Shown here piece after piece: positions 35,987-50,316 of a stretch of DNA of 64,000 nt. The DNA lies in contig OZ024755.1 of the NCBI GenBank assembly GCA_964016885.1, forward strand, positions 33,170,001 through 33,234,000, written 5' to 3'. Position 1 is the stretch's first letter. The number at the start of each line of letters is the position of its first letter. The DNA comes from Eledone cirrhosa. Lineage: Eukaryota. Under the pieces are notes generated by a model. The model had not been told where the DNA came from. It saw only the letters and a program-made list of their open reading frames with translations, and ran no database searches. The translations under genes were made by a program, and so were the position numbers.

Positions 35987-36943
35987 GACAAAACCTGTCA
36001 AAGGGCAAAGGAGCTCTTAAGAGTCAATGGCCATCCAAAATCACCGGGGGAGATGACCCCTTAGCCTTTGTCAAGGTAGAATTCTAGGAGAAAGAAAACT
36101 CTGATTTAACACCTGCAACTCTGATGCTATCCAATGATGTTGACTTGTTCTTCTTTTTGGTAAATATCATCTTGGTTAAGAGAGTGGGACTGGCTTTGTG
36201 CAGTGCCTTTGCTCACTATAAAAGCTTCACGGCACAGGCATTGCTTTATATCTGGAGATCTCCCTGCATTTGTCGTCACATGATACCATGGGCCCAGCAC
36301 TAAGTGTCAATAATTGTCACAAGTGTAGTGTTTGTACCAGAGTTTTCAAGTCGCTGGCTGGACTAAAAAGTCACACTCGTTCAGCGCATCGGTAGGGGTT
36401 CTCCTACATGGATATAAAGTAGTGGCCATACTCGAAAACGAGTTGGCAGCCACCATATATATATATATATATGACAAAACCTGTCAAAGGGCAAAGGAGC
36501 TCTTAAGAGTCAATGGCCATCCAAAATCACCGGGGGAGATGACCCCTTAGCCTTTGTCAAGGCAGAATTCTAGGAGAAAGAAAACTCTGATTTAACACCT
36601 GCAACTCTGATGCTATCCAATGATGTTGACTTGTTCTTCTTTTTGGTAAATATCATCTTGGTTAAGAGAGTGGGACTGGCTTTGTGCAGTGCCTTTGCTC
36701 ACTATAAAAGCTTCACGGCACAGGCATTGCTTTATATCTGGAGATATCTCTGCACTTGTCATCACATAGTACCATGGGCCCAGCACTATGTGTCAATAAT
36801 TGTCACAAGTGTAGTGTTTGTACCAGAGGTTTCAAGTCGCTGGCTGGACTAAAAAGTCACACTCGTTCAGCGCATCGGTAGGGGTTCTCCTACATGGATA
36901 TAAAGTAGTGGCCGTACTCGAAAACGAGTTGGCAGCCACCACC
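35985..36943 (+). mobile_element. Two tandem ~470-bp copies of a putative non-autonomous RTE derivative
   Basis: Copies at 35985-36455 and 36470-36943; motif ctaggagaaagaaaactctg; relative at 33180-33340 (minus) ends at the same point. Confidence 0.6.
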
Positions 36944-36964
36944 ATATATATATGTATGTGTGTG

Positions 36965-37026
<62 letters not shown>

Positions 37027-37565
37027 TATATACACACACATACATATATACACACACAAATTATATATATATATATATATAAATATCTCAAACAAAAATA
37101 CAAAATGACCAAAGGGTAGATCAAGGTGAAGTAATCTAAAATAAGAAAAACTTCACATATACCTGACCCTAGGGATTGTCTTAGTTAAGCAACCTAAAGA
37201 TAGAGGGCTCAACAGAAATTCCCCTAGGTTTTTAGCTATCTTTTTTATCTAGAAGTTAAGTACATTGCTGACAAATTTCACTTATATATGATATATGTAG
37301 GTATGTATGTATGTATATATATATATAGGTATGTATGTATATATATATATATGTATGTATATATGTGTGTATGTATGTATATATGTATGAATGTATATAT
37401 GTATGTGTATGTATATATATATATATGTGTATGTATATATATATATATGTGTATGTATATATATATATGTGTATATATATATATATATGTGTGTATATAT
37501 ATGTATAAATATATATATGTATATATATATATATGTGTGTATATATATGTATAAATATATATATG

Positions 37566-37618
<53 letters not shown>

Positions 37619-37621
37619 GTA

Positions 37622-37993
37622 TATTGGCCTTGCAATCGAAAGGTTGTGAGTTCCATTCTCAGACCGGGTGATGTGTTGTTTCCTTAAGCAAAACACTTTA
37701 TTTCACATTGCTCCAGTTTACTCAGCTGTAGAAATGAGATGATAGGGACTGGGGTCCCTATCATTCCACTGCAAAGTGGTTGTGGAGATGCCACGGCAAA
37801 AAAGCACCCAGCCCACACTGTAAAGTGGTTGTGGAGGTGCCACGGAAAAAAAGCACCCAGCACTCACTGTAAATGAGGTTGGTGTTAGGAAGGGCATCCA
37901 GCTGTAGAAATCAAGCCAGAGTTAGTTCCCGTTCCACCCTTGCAAGCAAGGAAAAAGAGGATGTTAAATAAAATGATGATGATGATGGTGATG
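37622..37993 (+). mobile_element. SINE family A, 5'-clipped
   Basis: Matches consensus. Confidence 0.85.
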
Positions 37994-37998
37994 ATATT

Positions 37999-38059
37999 TA
38001 TTCTATTATATATTTTTCAAGGGTACCCAAATTTTGGTACGCTATCATCAGATAAAATA
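37999..38059 (-). ncRNA. Hammerhead motif (F3-related)
   Basis: tattttat-CTGATGA-tagcgtacc..ggtaccctt-GAAA-aatata-TA-atagaata. Confidence 0.55.
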
Positions 38060-38120
38060 CGAAGTGTGTTTTATAAATTTTGACATAACCATGGAGAATA
38101 TACCTTAACGGTTCAAGTTT

Positions 38121-38470
38121 TAATAATAATAATAATGAAATTATTGTGTACAGTGCTCAGGTGCACTACAACTCATCAAAGGTGCATGTATAGTACATAG
38201 AATAATGTACAAATGTCAGGAAAATAAACAGTGTATGAGTCATGATATAATAACAATAACAATAATGAAATATTGTGCACAATGCCCAGGTGCACCACAA
38301 CCCATCAAAAAAGTGCATGTACAATGCACAAACATCAGTAAAATGAACAGTGCACGAGTCATGATACACACATGTGTGCATGTGTATGGAAGGGGTACAC
38401 CAGGTGTAGTTTTGGCGTATTTCGGGAAGCATGAGTGTCTTAAAGGATGCAGTGTCTCGGCAGCTAACAA
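38121..38470 (-). mobile_element. CR1-type LINE 3' end with a duplicated 3' UTR
   Basis: Homologous to 25300-25506. Confidence 0.75.
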
Positions 38471-38779
38471 TTCTTTGGATACATATAGTCTATCAAAGTT
38501 CTTTCGTTGCACATCTGAAACATCACCAGTGGTACTATTAATATGTTTCCTCCCATTGTATTGTAATGTCTACGCCATTTTTATTTTATTTATTTATTTA
38601 TTTATTTATTTATATCTGTATTTTTAACCCTTGGTCATTCAATGATAAACATTGATTGCCAAATAAATTAACTATGGAGATATAAAAGATACAGAAGCGA
38701 AAACCAACCAAACAGTGAATGTGTTCTGTTATTATTTCTGGCAATATTATTACAACAATATGACCCTCCCCAAGTATAA

Positions 38780-38813
<34 letters not shown>

Positions 38814-38847
38814 CATCATCATCATTTTACGTCTGCTTTTCCCTGCT

Positions 38848-39147
38848 TGCAATCGAAAGGTCGTGAGTTTAATTCTCAGACCGGGTGATGTGTTGTTTCC
38901 TTGAGCAAGACACTTTATTTCACATTGCTCCAGTTTACTCAGCTGTAGAAATGAGATGAGAGGGACTGGGGTCCCTATCATTCCACTGCAGAGTGGTCGT
39001 GGAGGTGCCATGGCAAAAAAGCACCCAGCTCCCACTGTAAATGAGGTTGGTGTTAGGAAGGGTATCCAGCTGTAGAAATCAAGCCAGAATCAGTTCCCGT
39101 CCCACCCTTGCAAGCAGGGAAAAGCGAATGGAAAATGATGATGATGA

Positions 39148-39151
<4 letters not shown>
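38848..39151 (+). mobile_element. SINE family A
   Basis: Matches consensus. Confidence 0.85.
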
Positions 39152-39191
<40 letters not shown>

Positions 39192-39296
39192 ATATATATA
39201 TATAGGGAACAGACGAAGGTTTCAAGAACACCATCTTTGTCCGTTGTCTTGTCATTTCAATTTGGATTGCCTCGGGATTGTAACCTTATTATGTAA

Positions 39297-39377
39297 GAAG
39301 CTTTCTGATGAGATCATGACACGGGATACGCGGAATGGCGTGGCCACTGTCGGCATCGAAATATGTATCACAGCCTT
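39297..39377 (+). ncRNA. Hammerhead ribozyme with long stem II (F4)
   Basis: gcttt-CTGATGA-gatcatgaca..tgtcggcatc-GAAA-tatgta-TC-acagc. Confidence 0.65.
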
Positions 39378-39444
39378 ATCAATAAAGACAAATAGTTTCT
39401 GTCTACAAAACATGTATCAACATGTTGAATTAAAGTAAAAGTCT

Positions 39445-39970
39445 GTCTTGAGCCAGGAGGTTCATCAGGCCAGCACGTATCCTGGTTTCTGTGGCGTGAA
39501 GCGACAGAGTACAAGACTCCCCCTGGACAGGACGCCAGTCCATTGCAGAGTTAAACCCCCAGCTATTGCTGGTACTCATTTTCAGCTGAGTATACTTGAG
39601 CAATGTGAAATGAAGTGTTTTACTCAAGATCACAACACACAACCCAGGCCATGGATCAAACCCACATTATGATGATATTCCAATACCCTTACCACTAGGC
39701 CATGTGCCTGCACTGAGTATACTGGAGCAATGTGAAATGAAGTGACTTGCTCAAGATCACAACACACAACCCAGCCCTGGAATCGAAGCCACATTATGAT
39801 GATATTCCAATACCCTTACCACTAGGCCATGTGCCTGCACTGAGTATACTGGAGCAATGTGAAATGAAGTGTTTTACTCAAGAACACAACACACAACCCA
39901 GGCTGGGAATCAAACCCAAGATATTATGATCGCAAGTCCCACACCCTTACCACTAAGTCATGGATCTCCA
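39445..39970 (-). mobile_element. SINE A-related subfamily with a triplicated head (~128 bp); relatives at 51226-51480 and 61505-61665
   Basis: Repeated ctgagtatactggagcaatgtgaaatgaagtg..ccttaccactag. Confidence 0.7.
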
Positions 39971-40094
39971 GGCAGATTGACATGAGTCTATGGTAAATGC
40001 CATTTGCTCAAGATGCCCAGCAGTGGAAATGATCTCAGGATCTACTGATTGTGAACTTCTAAACCTTTCAACTGTGCTGCAACCATGATTAGCA

Positions 40095-40685
40095 ACCAGC
40101 AATTATCCCAGTGTATTACTGGTACTTTATTTTATCGACCCCATAAGGATGAAAGGCAAAGTTAACCCCGGCGGGATTTGAACTCAGACCATAAAGGGCC
40201 GTAACTCTTTGCTGCAAAGCATGGTGTCCGATCCTCAACTGATACCGCCAATCCACCACCATGAAAAAAAATAAAGATTTCTACTATATGCACAAGGCCA
40301 GCAATTTGGGGGGGGAGGGGAAAGTTGATTAAATTGACCCCCAGTGCGTTACTGCTACTTTATTGTTTCAACCCTCGTAAGGATGAAAGACAAAGTTGAC
40401 CTTGGTAGGATTTTAATTCAGATCGTAAAGGGCCGTAACTCTATGCCGCTAAGAATGTTGTCCGACATACTACCAATCCTGTCAATCCGGAAAATGATAA
40501 TTTTTACTTTTGGCACAAAGCCAGCAATTACCCCCAGTGCATTACTGGTACTTTATTTTATCGACCTCGTAAGGATGAGAGGCAAAGTTAACCTCAGCGG
40601 GACTTGAACTCAGATCGTAAAGGGACGTAACTCTATGCTGCAAAGCATGGCATCCAACCTTCTACCAATACTGCCAATCCACTGT
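40095..40685 (-). mobile_element. Three SINE B copies
   Basis: Match consensus. Confidence 0.85.
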
Positions 40686-41609
40686 CAATCCGGAAAATAA
40701 TGCCAATGGTAGAATATTGTTCATATTTTAGATTCTGTACCCTAGTTTCTTTGTTTTTGCACCCTCAACAAAACTATAATATACCTTTTTAATTTCCATG
40801 TGGAATTTATATTTCCTTGAAACATTGTTCACAAAAGTAGAAATAGAACATTGAGTTTTATTTAGAATGACTTCTGAATTTCTCTGATTGAATTTCACAA
40901 AACTCATTTGTGAGAAAGTAAATTGATGGAAATATCTCATTAGGTGTATGAGTTTAATTTAACAAAACTCTCTCATTTTATTTCTTGTCAAAGTATATTG
41001 ATAGAATTAGAACTTTAGTAGTTCTAGGCAATTTTAATATAAACTTGGTGAAAACTGGTGAGAATAAGTAACATCTAAGTAATTTCCTAGACATTTTGAG
41101 CTGTTATTTTCTACTTATAAACATTATGTCAACTACAACCAATCTCACTAGCAACATATTTTTAGGCTCCTCTCAATATATATATATATAAAATCTATTT
41201 TAAGTCATTTAACAATCTACATTTTTTTTCCATCAGTTTACACAGTTTAAGAACACTCTCTCAAATTCTGACTTGAGTGATAAGTGTAACTTATTGATAT
41301 TGATTTCACTCAGAATAATATGCACACCATTTCTTGGGGAATAAACAAAGATATTAATTTAGATAATGAGGAAGTAGATATTGATACCCTAAGTAAGTAC
41401 ACCAAATTAGCAATAGTGGCTAGGGAATACTTGAAACCTTATTTATATCAGAGATAAATTTTGTGAAAATAGTCATATATAAAAGTCATATATAAAAGTC
41501 ATATATAAAAAGTCATATATAAAATCAAAATGGTTAAATTAACTCTAGAAAAACAATTTATATAACATTGTAATTTTATAGAAAATGACTGTCATCAATC
41601 AACAAATTA

Positions 41610-41935
41610 ATCCTGTTCAAACCAGCTATAACCAGCTGGTCATACTGATGTTAAGGTATTGTTCTTAAAATAGATAATATCAAAATCTTGTAGATTCAAT
41701 GATATGTGAGATAAAGCCGTTACTGAAAAAAATACAATAGTAAATATAGAGTAATGTAAATGCATTAGCATTTAAACTGGCCGTATCTGGCCAGAATTCC
41801 CTCACCTCTTTCTGTTTAAACTGACTGTAATAGGCCGCTCATACTGATGCTAAGGTATTGTTCTCAAAATAAATCATATCAAAATCTCATTGAATCGATA
41901 CTATGTGAGATAATTATGTGGGGTAAAGCCTCACA
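41610..41935. mobile_element. Two partial piggyBac-like MITE copies
   Basis: Homologous body. Confidence 0.75.
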
Positions 41936-44233
41936 TAGTTATCTCTCATAAGGCGTCGATAAATAAAGCACCACTGGGGTAGATTTAGTTGATTTTCCCT
42001 TCCCCCAAAATTGCTGGCCTTGTGCCTATAGTAGAAACAATTATTAAATAATTTGTGAAGCTCTGTGTGATTACCAAACTACAACCACTGGTTCACCATA
42101 GATATTGTGTTTCTTCATACTACCAATTCCATTGTTACTCTAACAATGACTGCTTTTTCTAATTCATCTACACAATATGCCACCCTACCAGCCAACCTAT
42201 TACACATATAATACATCTCCCACCCTTCCAGCCAACCTATTACACATATAATACATCTCCCACCCTGCCAGCCAACCTATTACACACATAATACATCTCT
42301 TATCATAACTATTGTGGTTCAGCTTCCATATAATATTCTAAATACTTTTTTCACTCATTGATTTCCTGTGCAGAATACTTCTAGAATCCAGCCTCACCCG
42401 TCTCTTAGGCTGTCAGGTCAGACGAATCAATCTTTACCCTTTCAATAACTAATTAAAATAAAAGAAGTTTTTATACTTAAATTCATAGCAATTAATTAAA
42501 ACAAATATTTAAAAAGAATTCGATACAATTATTCAAACGAGCACACATGGACTAATATGATGTAGTGATGTTTTAATGAGTGACAAATGATTTGTGAATA
42601 AAATTAAGTCCTTAATAGCTGAATCACAGTAGATTCACCCCTTTCCAATACTACCCAGAAATGTAAAAAAAAAGATTAGGGGAAATGGTACTTAATGAAA
42701 CTGTCTTCAAACTATTCTTAAATATGTTTATTATTTGTAACATTATTAAAGTTAATCTGTTAAAACAAACAATAATAAAGGATTTGAAACATATGATCGA
42801 TAATTATGAGTATTTTTGCTGAATGGCATTTAAAAAACATGATTGACTGATCACGTGCTCTCTGGAATGCATCTTGCAATGTTTGTTTGGAATCTGAAAT
42901 ATTGGTTTGGTTGATTTTATTTTTTATTCTGCTTTGATTTATTTGTTTCTCTCTCATTCTTTGACCAACATTTTGTTGTTAATCATATCAAGTTGAGCTT
43001 TAGTCAAATACCCTGAAAGAAAGGTCACCGACAATTACACAAACAAATAGAATTCTAATTGGAAGGAAAAAAAAATAAGAAGAAAAGTTTAATTGAGGAG
43101 AAAGATTAAACCTAGAGCAGAGTTCAAAGAGAAAAAGTAACGGAACTGCAATCGTTAACGAGGAATTTGATGTATGGGAGGTGATCTGGAGAATCATTAA
43201 ATGAAAAATGGGTGGAGTTGCTTGTGAAGTGGGGATTTTGATAAAGGTAGGCTGAAGGAAGGATTGCTAACAAAGCAAGAAGGAAGTGAAGAGAAACAAA
43301 CTAATGTTAGAGAAATCCGGAATTTATGATGTAAAGGAAGAAATTATTAAGAATATAATAGTGTTTGTGATTATGTAACAGGTAAATTAAGAAAACTGAA
43401 AGTTAACAGCTGCTTTTAGAAAGCAATTCTTCTATAATTGATGGTACTATTTTCCGTCCATAAGTGTGAAGTAATAACCTTTCAGTTTTACACTGACCGA
43501 AAGTAAATCTATTTATTGTGTTCAACAAACATTATTTGTTTTTCATTTTGCATTAGCAATATTCTATTCTCAAGATTATTACAATATTCTGGAATATCAA
43601 CTTATTACAAACTACATTTACAGACACAACTTCAACACAATGATGATGATGATAATACTGATGACGATGATGATGATACCGATTATGATATTGATGATGA
43701 TGATGGTAATGATGATGATGATATTGATCGTGATGATGATGATATTGATGATGATGATGATGATATTGATTCTTGTAATTCTCTGTCTGTACTATGAAAA
43801 AAAAAAGAAAGAAAGAAAAATCCAATTCTAAAATATATAGAATGTATAATGTAAATTCCGTTCTTTAAATTAAGGCCACAGATTTGTAAGTTAGAGCTAT
43901 AGTCAATGGAATGAAATCCCAGAGTATGGCTGGTAATCAATTGATTCTGAATGCAGGAAAGATGAAGTCATCTCCAACACGACTAGAACTGAGAAGAAAT
44001 GAAAAGAAATTTAGGAAGAGGTGTCTGTTCGAAAAATATATTGCAGTCTTCATTTCATGATGCAAAAACTGGCGATGGGCCTGCGACCTTGTGACCAGTT
44101 CTGGGAGGCATAGGACGGATGCACAAGGATTGCATATCCCAAGACCCTAAAGAGGTTCTGGAAGGGAGAAATATTGACAATTTAGTCCAGTGATTAACTG
44201 ATTCTTCAATGATATGAATTTACATGTATATAT

Positions 44234-44583
44234 GGAGGCACATGGCTTAGTGGTTATAGCATTGGCCTTGCAATCGAAAGGTTGTGAGTTCAATTCTCAG
44301 ACCGGGTGATGTGTTGTTTCCTTGAGCAAGACACTTTATTTCACATTGCTCCAGTTTACTCAGCTGTAGAAATGAGATGATAGGGACTGGGGTCCCTATC
44401 ATTCCACTGCAAAGTGGTCGTGTAGGTGCCACGGCAAAAAAGCACCCAGCACTCACTGTAAATGAGATTGGTGTTAGGAAGGGCATCCAGCTGTAGAAAT
44501 CAAGCCAGAATCAGTTACCGTCCCACCCTTGCAAGCAGGGAAAAGCGGACGTAAAATGAAATGATGATGATGATGATGATGAT
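44234..44583 (+). mobile_element. SINE family A
   Basis: Full length. Confidence 0.9.
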
Positions 44584-44589
44584 ATGTAT

Positions 44590-44936
44590 ATCATCATCAT
44601 TTCATCATTTCATTTTACGTCCACTTTTTCCCTGCTTGCAAGGGTGGGACGGGAACTGATTTTGGCTTGATTTCTACAGCTGGATACCCTTCCTAACACC
44701 AACCTCATTTACAGTGAGTGCTGGGTGCTTTTTTGCCGTGGCACCTCCACGACCACTTTACAGTGGAATGATAGGGACCCCAGTCCCTATAATCTCATTT
44801 CTACAGCTGAGTAAACTGGAGCAATGTGAAATAAAGTGTCTTGCTCAAGGAAACAACACATCACCCGGTCTAAGAATTGAACTCACAACCTTTCGATTGC
44901 AAGGCCAATGCTCTAACCACTAAGCCATGTGCCTCC
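44590..44936 (-). mobile_element. SINE family A
   Basis: Full length, tail-to-tail with the previous copy. Confidence 0.9.
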
Positions 44937-44959
44937 ATATATATATATATAAACCTCAC

Positions 44960-45440
44960 TAAAGTGGTCATGTAGGTGTCATGACAAAAACGATTACCCA
45001 GTCAACACTGTAAAGTGGTCATGTAGGTTTCATGACAAAAGTGAGCACCCAGTCCGCACTGTAAAGTGGTCATGTAGGTGTCACGACAAAATGCACCCTG
45101 TCCACACTGTAAAGTGGTCATGTAGGTGTCACGACAAAATGCACACTGTCCACACTGTAAAGTGGTCATGTAGGTGTCACGACAAAAAGCACCCAGTCCA
45201 CACTGTAAAGTGGTCATGTAGGTGTCACGACAAAAAGCACCCAGTCCACACTGTAAAGTGGTCATGTAGGTGTCATGACAAAAGCAAGCACCCAGTTCGC
45301 ACTGTAAAGTGGTTGTGTAGGTGTCATGACAAAAGCAAGCACCCAGTTCGCACTGTAAAGTGGTTGTGTAGGCGTCACAACAAAAAGCATCTGGTCCATG
45401 CTGTAAAGCAGTCATGTAGGCGACACAGCACACAGCACAC
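44960..45440. repeat. 48-bp unit array, about 9 copies
   Basis: Same unit as 21920-24115. Confidence 0.85.
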
Positions 45441-45847
45441 ACTATAAATGTGGTTAGTGTTAGGAAGTGCATCCAGCCATGGAAACCAAGCCAAAATCAG
45501 TTCCATGTGAGCCAATCATGGTCCCCCGACTTGATCCCTCACAAAGGGACAACCTCTGCCAACCATGCTAGCATGGAAGATGGACGTTAAATGATGATGA
45601 TCCCTCAACTAAATATATATATATCCCACTGTAGAAGTCATGACAAAAGTGAGCACCCAGTCAATACTGTAAAGTAGTTGTGTAGGTGCCACGACAAAAA
45701 GAATCCAGTCCACTGAATTTGAATTCCAACAATTTAAATTTGATCACTAATGTTTGAGTTTCTACCACACAAACGACTGAAAAAAAATGTCCCTCTTCAT
45801 GTGTGTATAATAGTAAAGCCTTACAAGAATTTTAATGAGAGTTTCAG

Positions 45848-47135
45848 CCTTTAACATTTACATTACTCTATATATACTATTGTATTTTCACAGTAAAGGC
45901 TTTACCTCACATAATATCTCGCATACCATTTACATTACTCTATATATACTATTGTATTTTCACAGTAAAGGCTTTACCTCACATAATATCTCACATAACA
46001 TTTACATTACTCTATATATACTATTGTATTTTCACAGTAAAGTCTTTACCTCACATAATATCTCACATAACATTTACATTACTCTATATATACTATTGTA
46101 TTTTCACAGTAAAGTCTTTACCTCACATAATATCTCACATAACATTTACATTACTCTATATATACTATTGTATTTTCACAGTAAAGTCTTTACCTCACAT
46201 AATATCTCACATAACATTTACATTACTCTATATATACTATTGTATTTTCACAGTAAAGTCTTTACCTCACATAATATCTCACATAACATTTACATTACTC
46301 TATATATACTATTGTATTTTCACAGTAAAGTCTTTACCTCACATAATATCTCACATAACATTTACATTACTCTATATATACTATTGTATTTTCACAGTAA
46401 AGTCTTTACCTCACATAATATCTCACATAACATTTACATTACTCTATATATACTATTGTATTTTCACAGTAAAGTCTTTACCTCACATAATATCTCACAT
46501 AACATTTACATTACTCTATATATACTATTGTATTTTCACAGTAAAGGCTTTACCTCACATAATATCACACATAACATTTACATTACTCTATATATACTAT
46601 TGTATTTTCACAGTAAAGGCTTTACCTCACATAATATCTCACATAACATTTACATTACTCTATATATACTATTGTATTTTCACAGTAAAGGCTTTACCTC
46701 ACATAATATCTCACATAACATTTACATTACTCTATATATACTATTGTATTTTCACAGTAAAGGCTTTACCTTACATAATATCTCATATAACATTTACACT
46801 ACTCTATATTTACTATTGTATTTTCACAGTAAAGGCTTTACCTCACATAATATCTCACATAACATTTACATTACTCTATATATACTATTGTATTTTCACA
46901 GTAAAGGCTTTACCTCACATAATATCACACATAACATTTACATTACTCTATATATACTATTGTATTTTCAAAGTAAAGGCTTTACCTCACATAATATCGA
47001 ATCTACGAAATTTTGATATTTCTTTTGAGAACAATACCTTAACATAAGTATGAGTGGCCAGTTACAGCTGGTTTGAACAGAAAGAGGTGAGAGAATTCTG
47101 GCTGGCTGAGGCTGGTTTAAATGCTAAAGGGTTTA
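45848..47135. repeat. 72-bp x16 array (45853-46996) inside a piggyBac-like MITE
   Basis: Unit equals the MITE terminal 72 bp; the MITE then continues to taaatgctaaaggg. Confidence 0.9.
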
Positions 47136-48489
47136 AAACTTGTCTACAGTTAACCTGGTTTAGTTGCCATGCCAATGTCATAGGCGAGAAAGTGCACAAT
47201 TACATGCAGCGAGGTTGTGGTTCCACAGGTAAGAAAGGTGTGACAGGTGAGAGTCAATGGTAAACATGTCTTGAAAAGTAATTAGTAGAACTCATATGAA
47301 AAGTTCAGTCCTTCCTTTATACATTATACTTCTAACACACACACATGCACATATACACATGCACATATACACATGCACATATACACATGCACATATACGA
47401 GCACACACGGATACACACTCACACAGACATATGCACAGCCATACATGCACACACACACACACACATACAAACACATGATGCACACAGACATATGCACAGA
47501 CATACATGTACACACACACACACATAGATAACACACACACACATACAAACACATGATGCACACAGACATATGCACAGACACACACACACGCACACATGAT
47601 TAACCTTTATATAAGAATAGATATGAATGTTCCAATACATAAATTGTGATCAACTGAACCTATTTTTGTGAGCTCTAACAAGTAAAGTGATTAAAATGAT
47701 TGAGTGTCCGTATACTTCTCAGCTAGTTGATTGGGAATTATATGATATTGTTATGGTTGTCTGCATTTCTTGAACAATACACTTAAATCTATATATGTTC
47801 AGTAACATACCATTTGGCTGTAAAACTCCTGGGACTCTATCTGAAGACTTCTGTGAGATATTTCCTAGATAGGGTCAGGTGTTTAGAAAAATAACCTAGA
47901 AAAGCTTATCGAAGATAAGAAAAACCTACAAAGATATAAATATGATGTAGATATGATGAAGAAAAGAGGATAGATTGGGTCGAAAGAATAGAATGTAAAA
48001 TAAGAAAATATTTAAAAAAAAACGGTAAAGGAAAGGAAAGGCAAGGACTCTAGTGTCACAGAAGAGGAGGAGGGGGGAAGGTGATGGGCTCTGGGCCTAG
48101 GGCACTGCGGTAATGGGGCTGTGTCCCGCAAACAAGACCATAAAAGCATATTCATGGACAATGGCCAGTGACACCTGCTGCAACAGCCATATCCACCTCG
48201 CAGCAGGGCTCTTTTTCAAATGGAGGACCACCGCTGTTCCTACCTTGTAGAGGAACTGGGCAGTGCAGGGTCCAAGTATGCCTGAGGTCTCGATGGTGAA
48301 TTAGTATCAGCATGAGTGTAGAGAGATCAGTAGAGAAGGACCAAGGGAGAACTGGACAGAGATATTGAAAGCTGATCTCAATTTGATGAAGCTCACAGAG
48401 GAGAAAGGGAAGGGATACAATGAGTTGAGGTATACTCTAATAAAGAAGACCTGTCCGACCCATGCAAGCAAGGAAATGTGTCTGTAAAA

Positions 48490-49250
48490 TAATTGTTTCT
48501 ACATTTGGCACAAGGCCAGCAATATGAAGGGGAGGGGGAAGTCAATTAAGTCGACCCCAGTGCATAACAGGAACTTGATTAAATCAACCCCAGTGCATTA
48601 CAGGTACTTGACTAAATTGACCTCAGTGCATTACAGGTACTTGATTAAAACGACCCCGTAAGTATAAAAGGCAAAGCCAACCTTGGTAGGATTTGAACTC
48701 AGAACATAACTCTATGCCGTAACGCATATTGTCCAACAAATAATTGTGTCTACCTTTGGCACAATGCCAGCAATTACCCCCAGTGTATTACTGGTACTTT
48801 ATTTTATTGACCCCTTAAGGATGAAAGGCAAAGTTAACCTTGGCGGGATTTGAACTCAGACCCTGCCAAGTTTAACTTTGCCTAACTATTGTCCAACAAA
48901 TAATTGTTTCTACTTTAGGCACAAGGCCAGCAAATACCCAGTGCATTACTGGTACTTTATTTTATCGACCCCTTAAGGATGAAAGGCAAAGTTAACCTTG
49001 GCGGGATTTGAACTCAGACCCTGCCAAGTTTAACTTTGCCTAACTATTGTCCAACAAATAATTGTTTCTACTTTAGGCACAAGGCCAGCAAATACCCAGT
49101 GCATTACTTGTACTTTATTTTATCGACCCCCGTAAGGATGAAAGGCAAAGTCAACCTCGGCGGGATTTGAACTCAGATCGTAAAGCGACGTAACTATGCT
49201 GGAAAGCATGGCGTCCGACCCTCTACCGATACTGCCAATCCACCGCCATT
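48490..49250 (-). mobile_element. Cluster of SINE B copies with a local duplication
   Basis: Match consensus. Confidence 0.8.
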
Positions 49251-49609
49251 TTGTGGACAACAAATAATGACATGCTAATCATATGAATATAAGAAATATG
49301 CAGAGGAAGAGAGAATTAATAATAGTATAATCTTGTCTGGATTAAATATTACCAGAATTTGGCTAGAAGTTTGCTGATAAGTATTGATTTGTTAAAGTAC
49401 CAAGTAAATAATTACAAGAAGCTTGGTATAATCAATTTTATCAATTATGGCTTATCTGATATATACATTTTAACAACTCCAAGAAATGAAAAGTGTAGTT
49501 GATACCAAGGGGGTTTGAACTCATAGCAGTGATATGCTGTGTTAAATATGAGGAAGTGCAGTGTTCTACTTTCTTGGCTATCACAACTATTATTATTATT
49601 GTGATTATT

Positions 49610-49945
49610 AGGTTGGTGGATTGGCAGCATCGGTAGAGTTATGGCCCTTTACGTTCTGGGTTCAAATCCCGCCGAGGTTAACTTTGCCTTTCATCCTTAC
49701 GGGGTCGATAAAATAAAGTACCAGTAATGCACTGGGAAATTGCTGGCCTTGTGCCAAAAGTAGAAACAATTATTATTATTATTATTCCAGCATAGTTACG
49801 TCCCTTTACGATCTGAGTTCAAATCCCGCCGAGGTTGACTTTGCCTTTCATCCTTACAGGGTCGATAAAATAAAGTACCAGTAATGCACTGGGAAATTGC
49901 TGGTCTTGTGCCAAAAGTAGAAACAATTATTATTATTATTATTGA
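49610..49945 (+). mobile_element. Two SINE B copies
   Basis: Match consensus. Confidence 0.85.
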
Positions 49946-50275
49946 ATAATGGAAGAGACCCAATTGATTAAAAGTTTAGTAATTAATTTGAAAAAAATTA
50001 AATAAATTGTCCATGAGATTAACATTTTGAAGAAACCACAGTGCCATGGACTCTTCAAAATTCTGCTAACGTCAAAAGCAATTGCTCTATCTTCATTATG
50101 TTGTTGCATCTCTATGAACTATCTGAAGCTGTGAAGCATTTAATCTGAATGACAAGCTTTCATTGTATTAACTTCCAATAGATTCCCTCTAGACCACAGT
50201 CTGATGCAGTTCAAGATAAATATCACCTGATTGGCTTTATCTTCTAATTCTTCATCTTTCCCATGTGCAACATTA

Positions 50276-50316
<41 letters not shown>

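Noticed and set aside
45835-47016. 393-aa ORF
   Set aside because: Translation of a 72-bp MITE-derived tandem repeat
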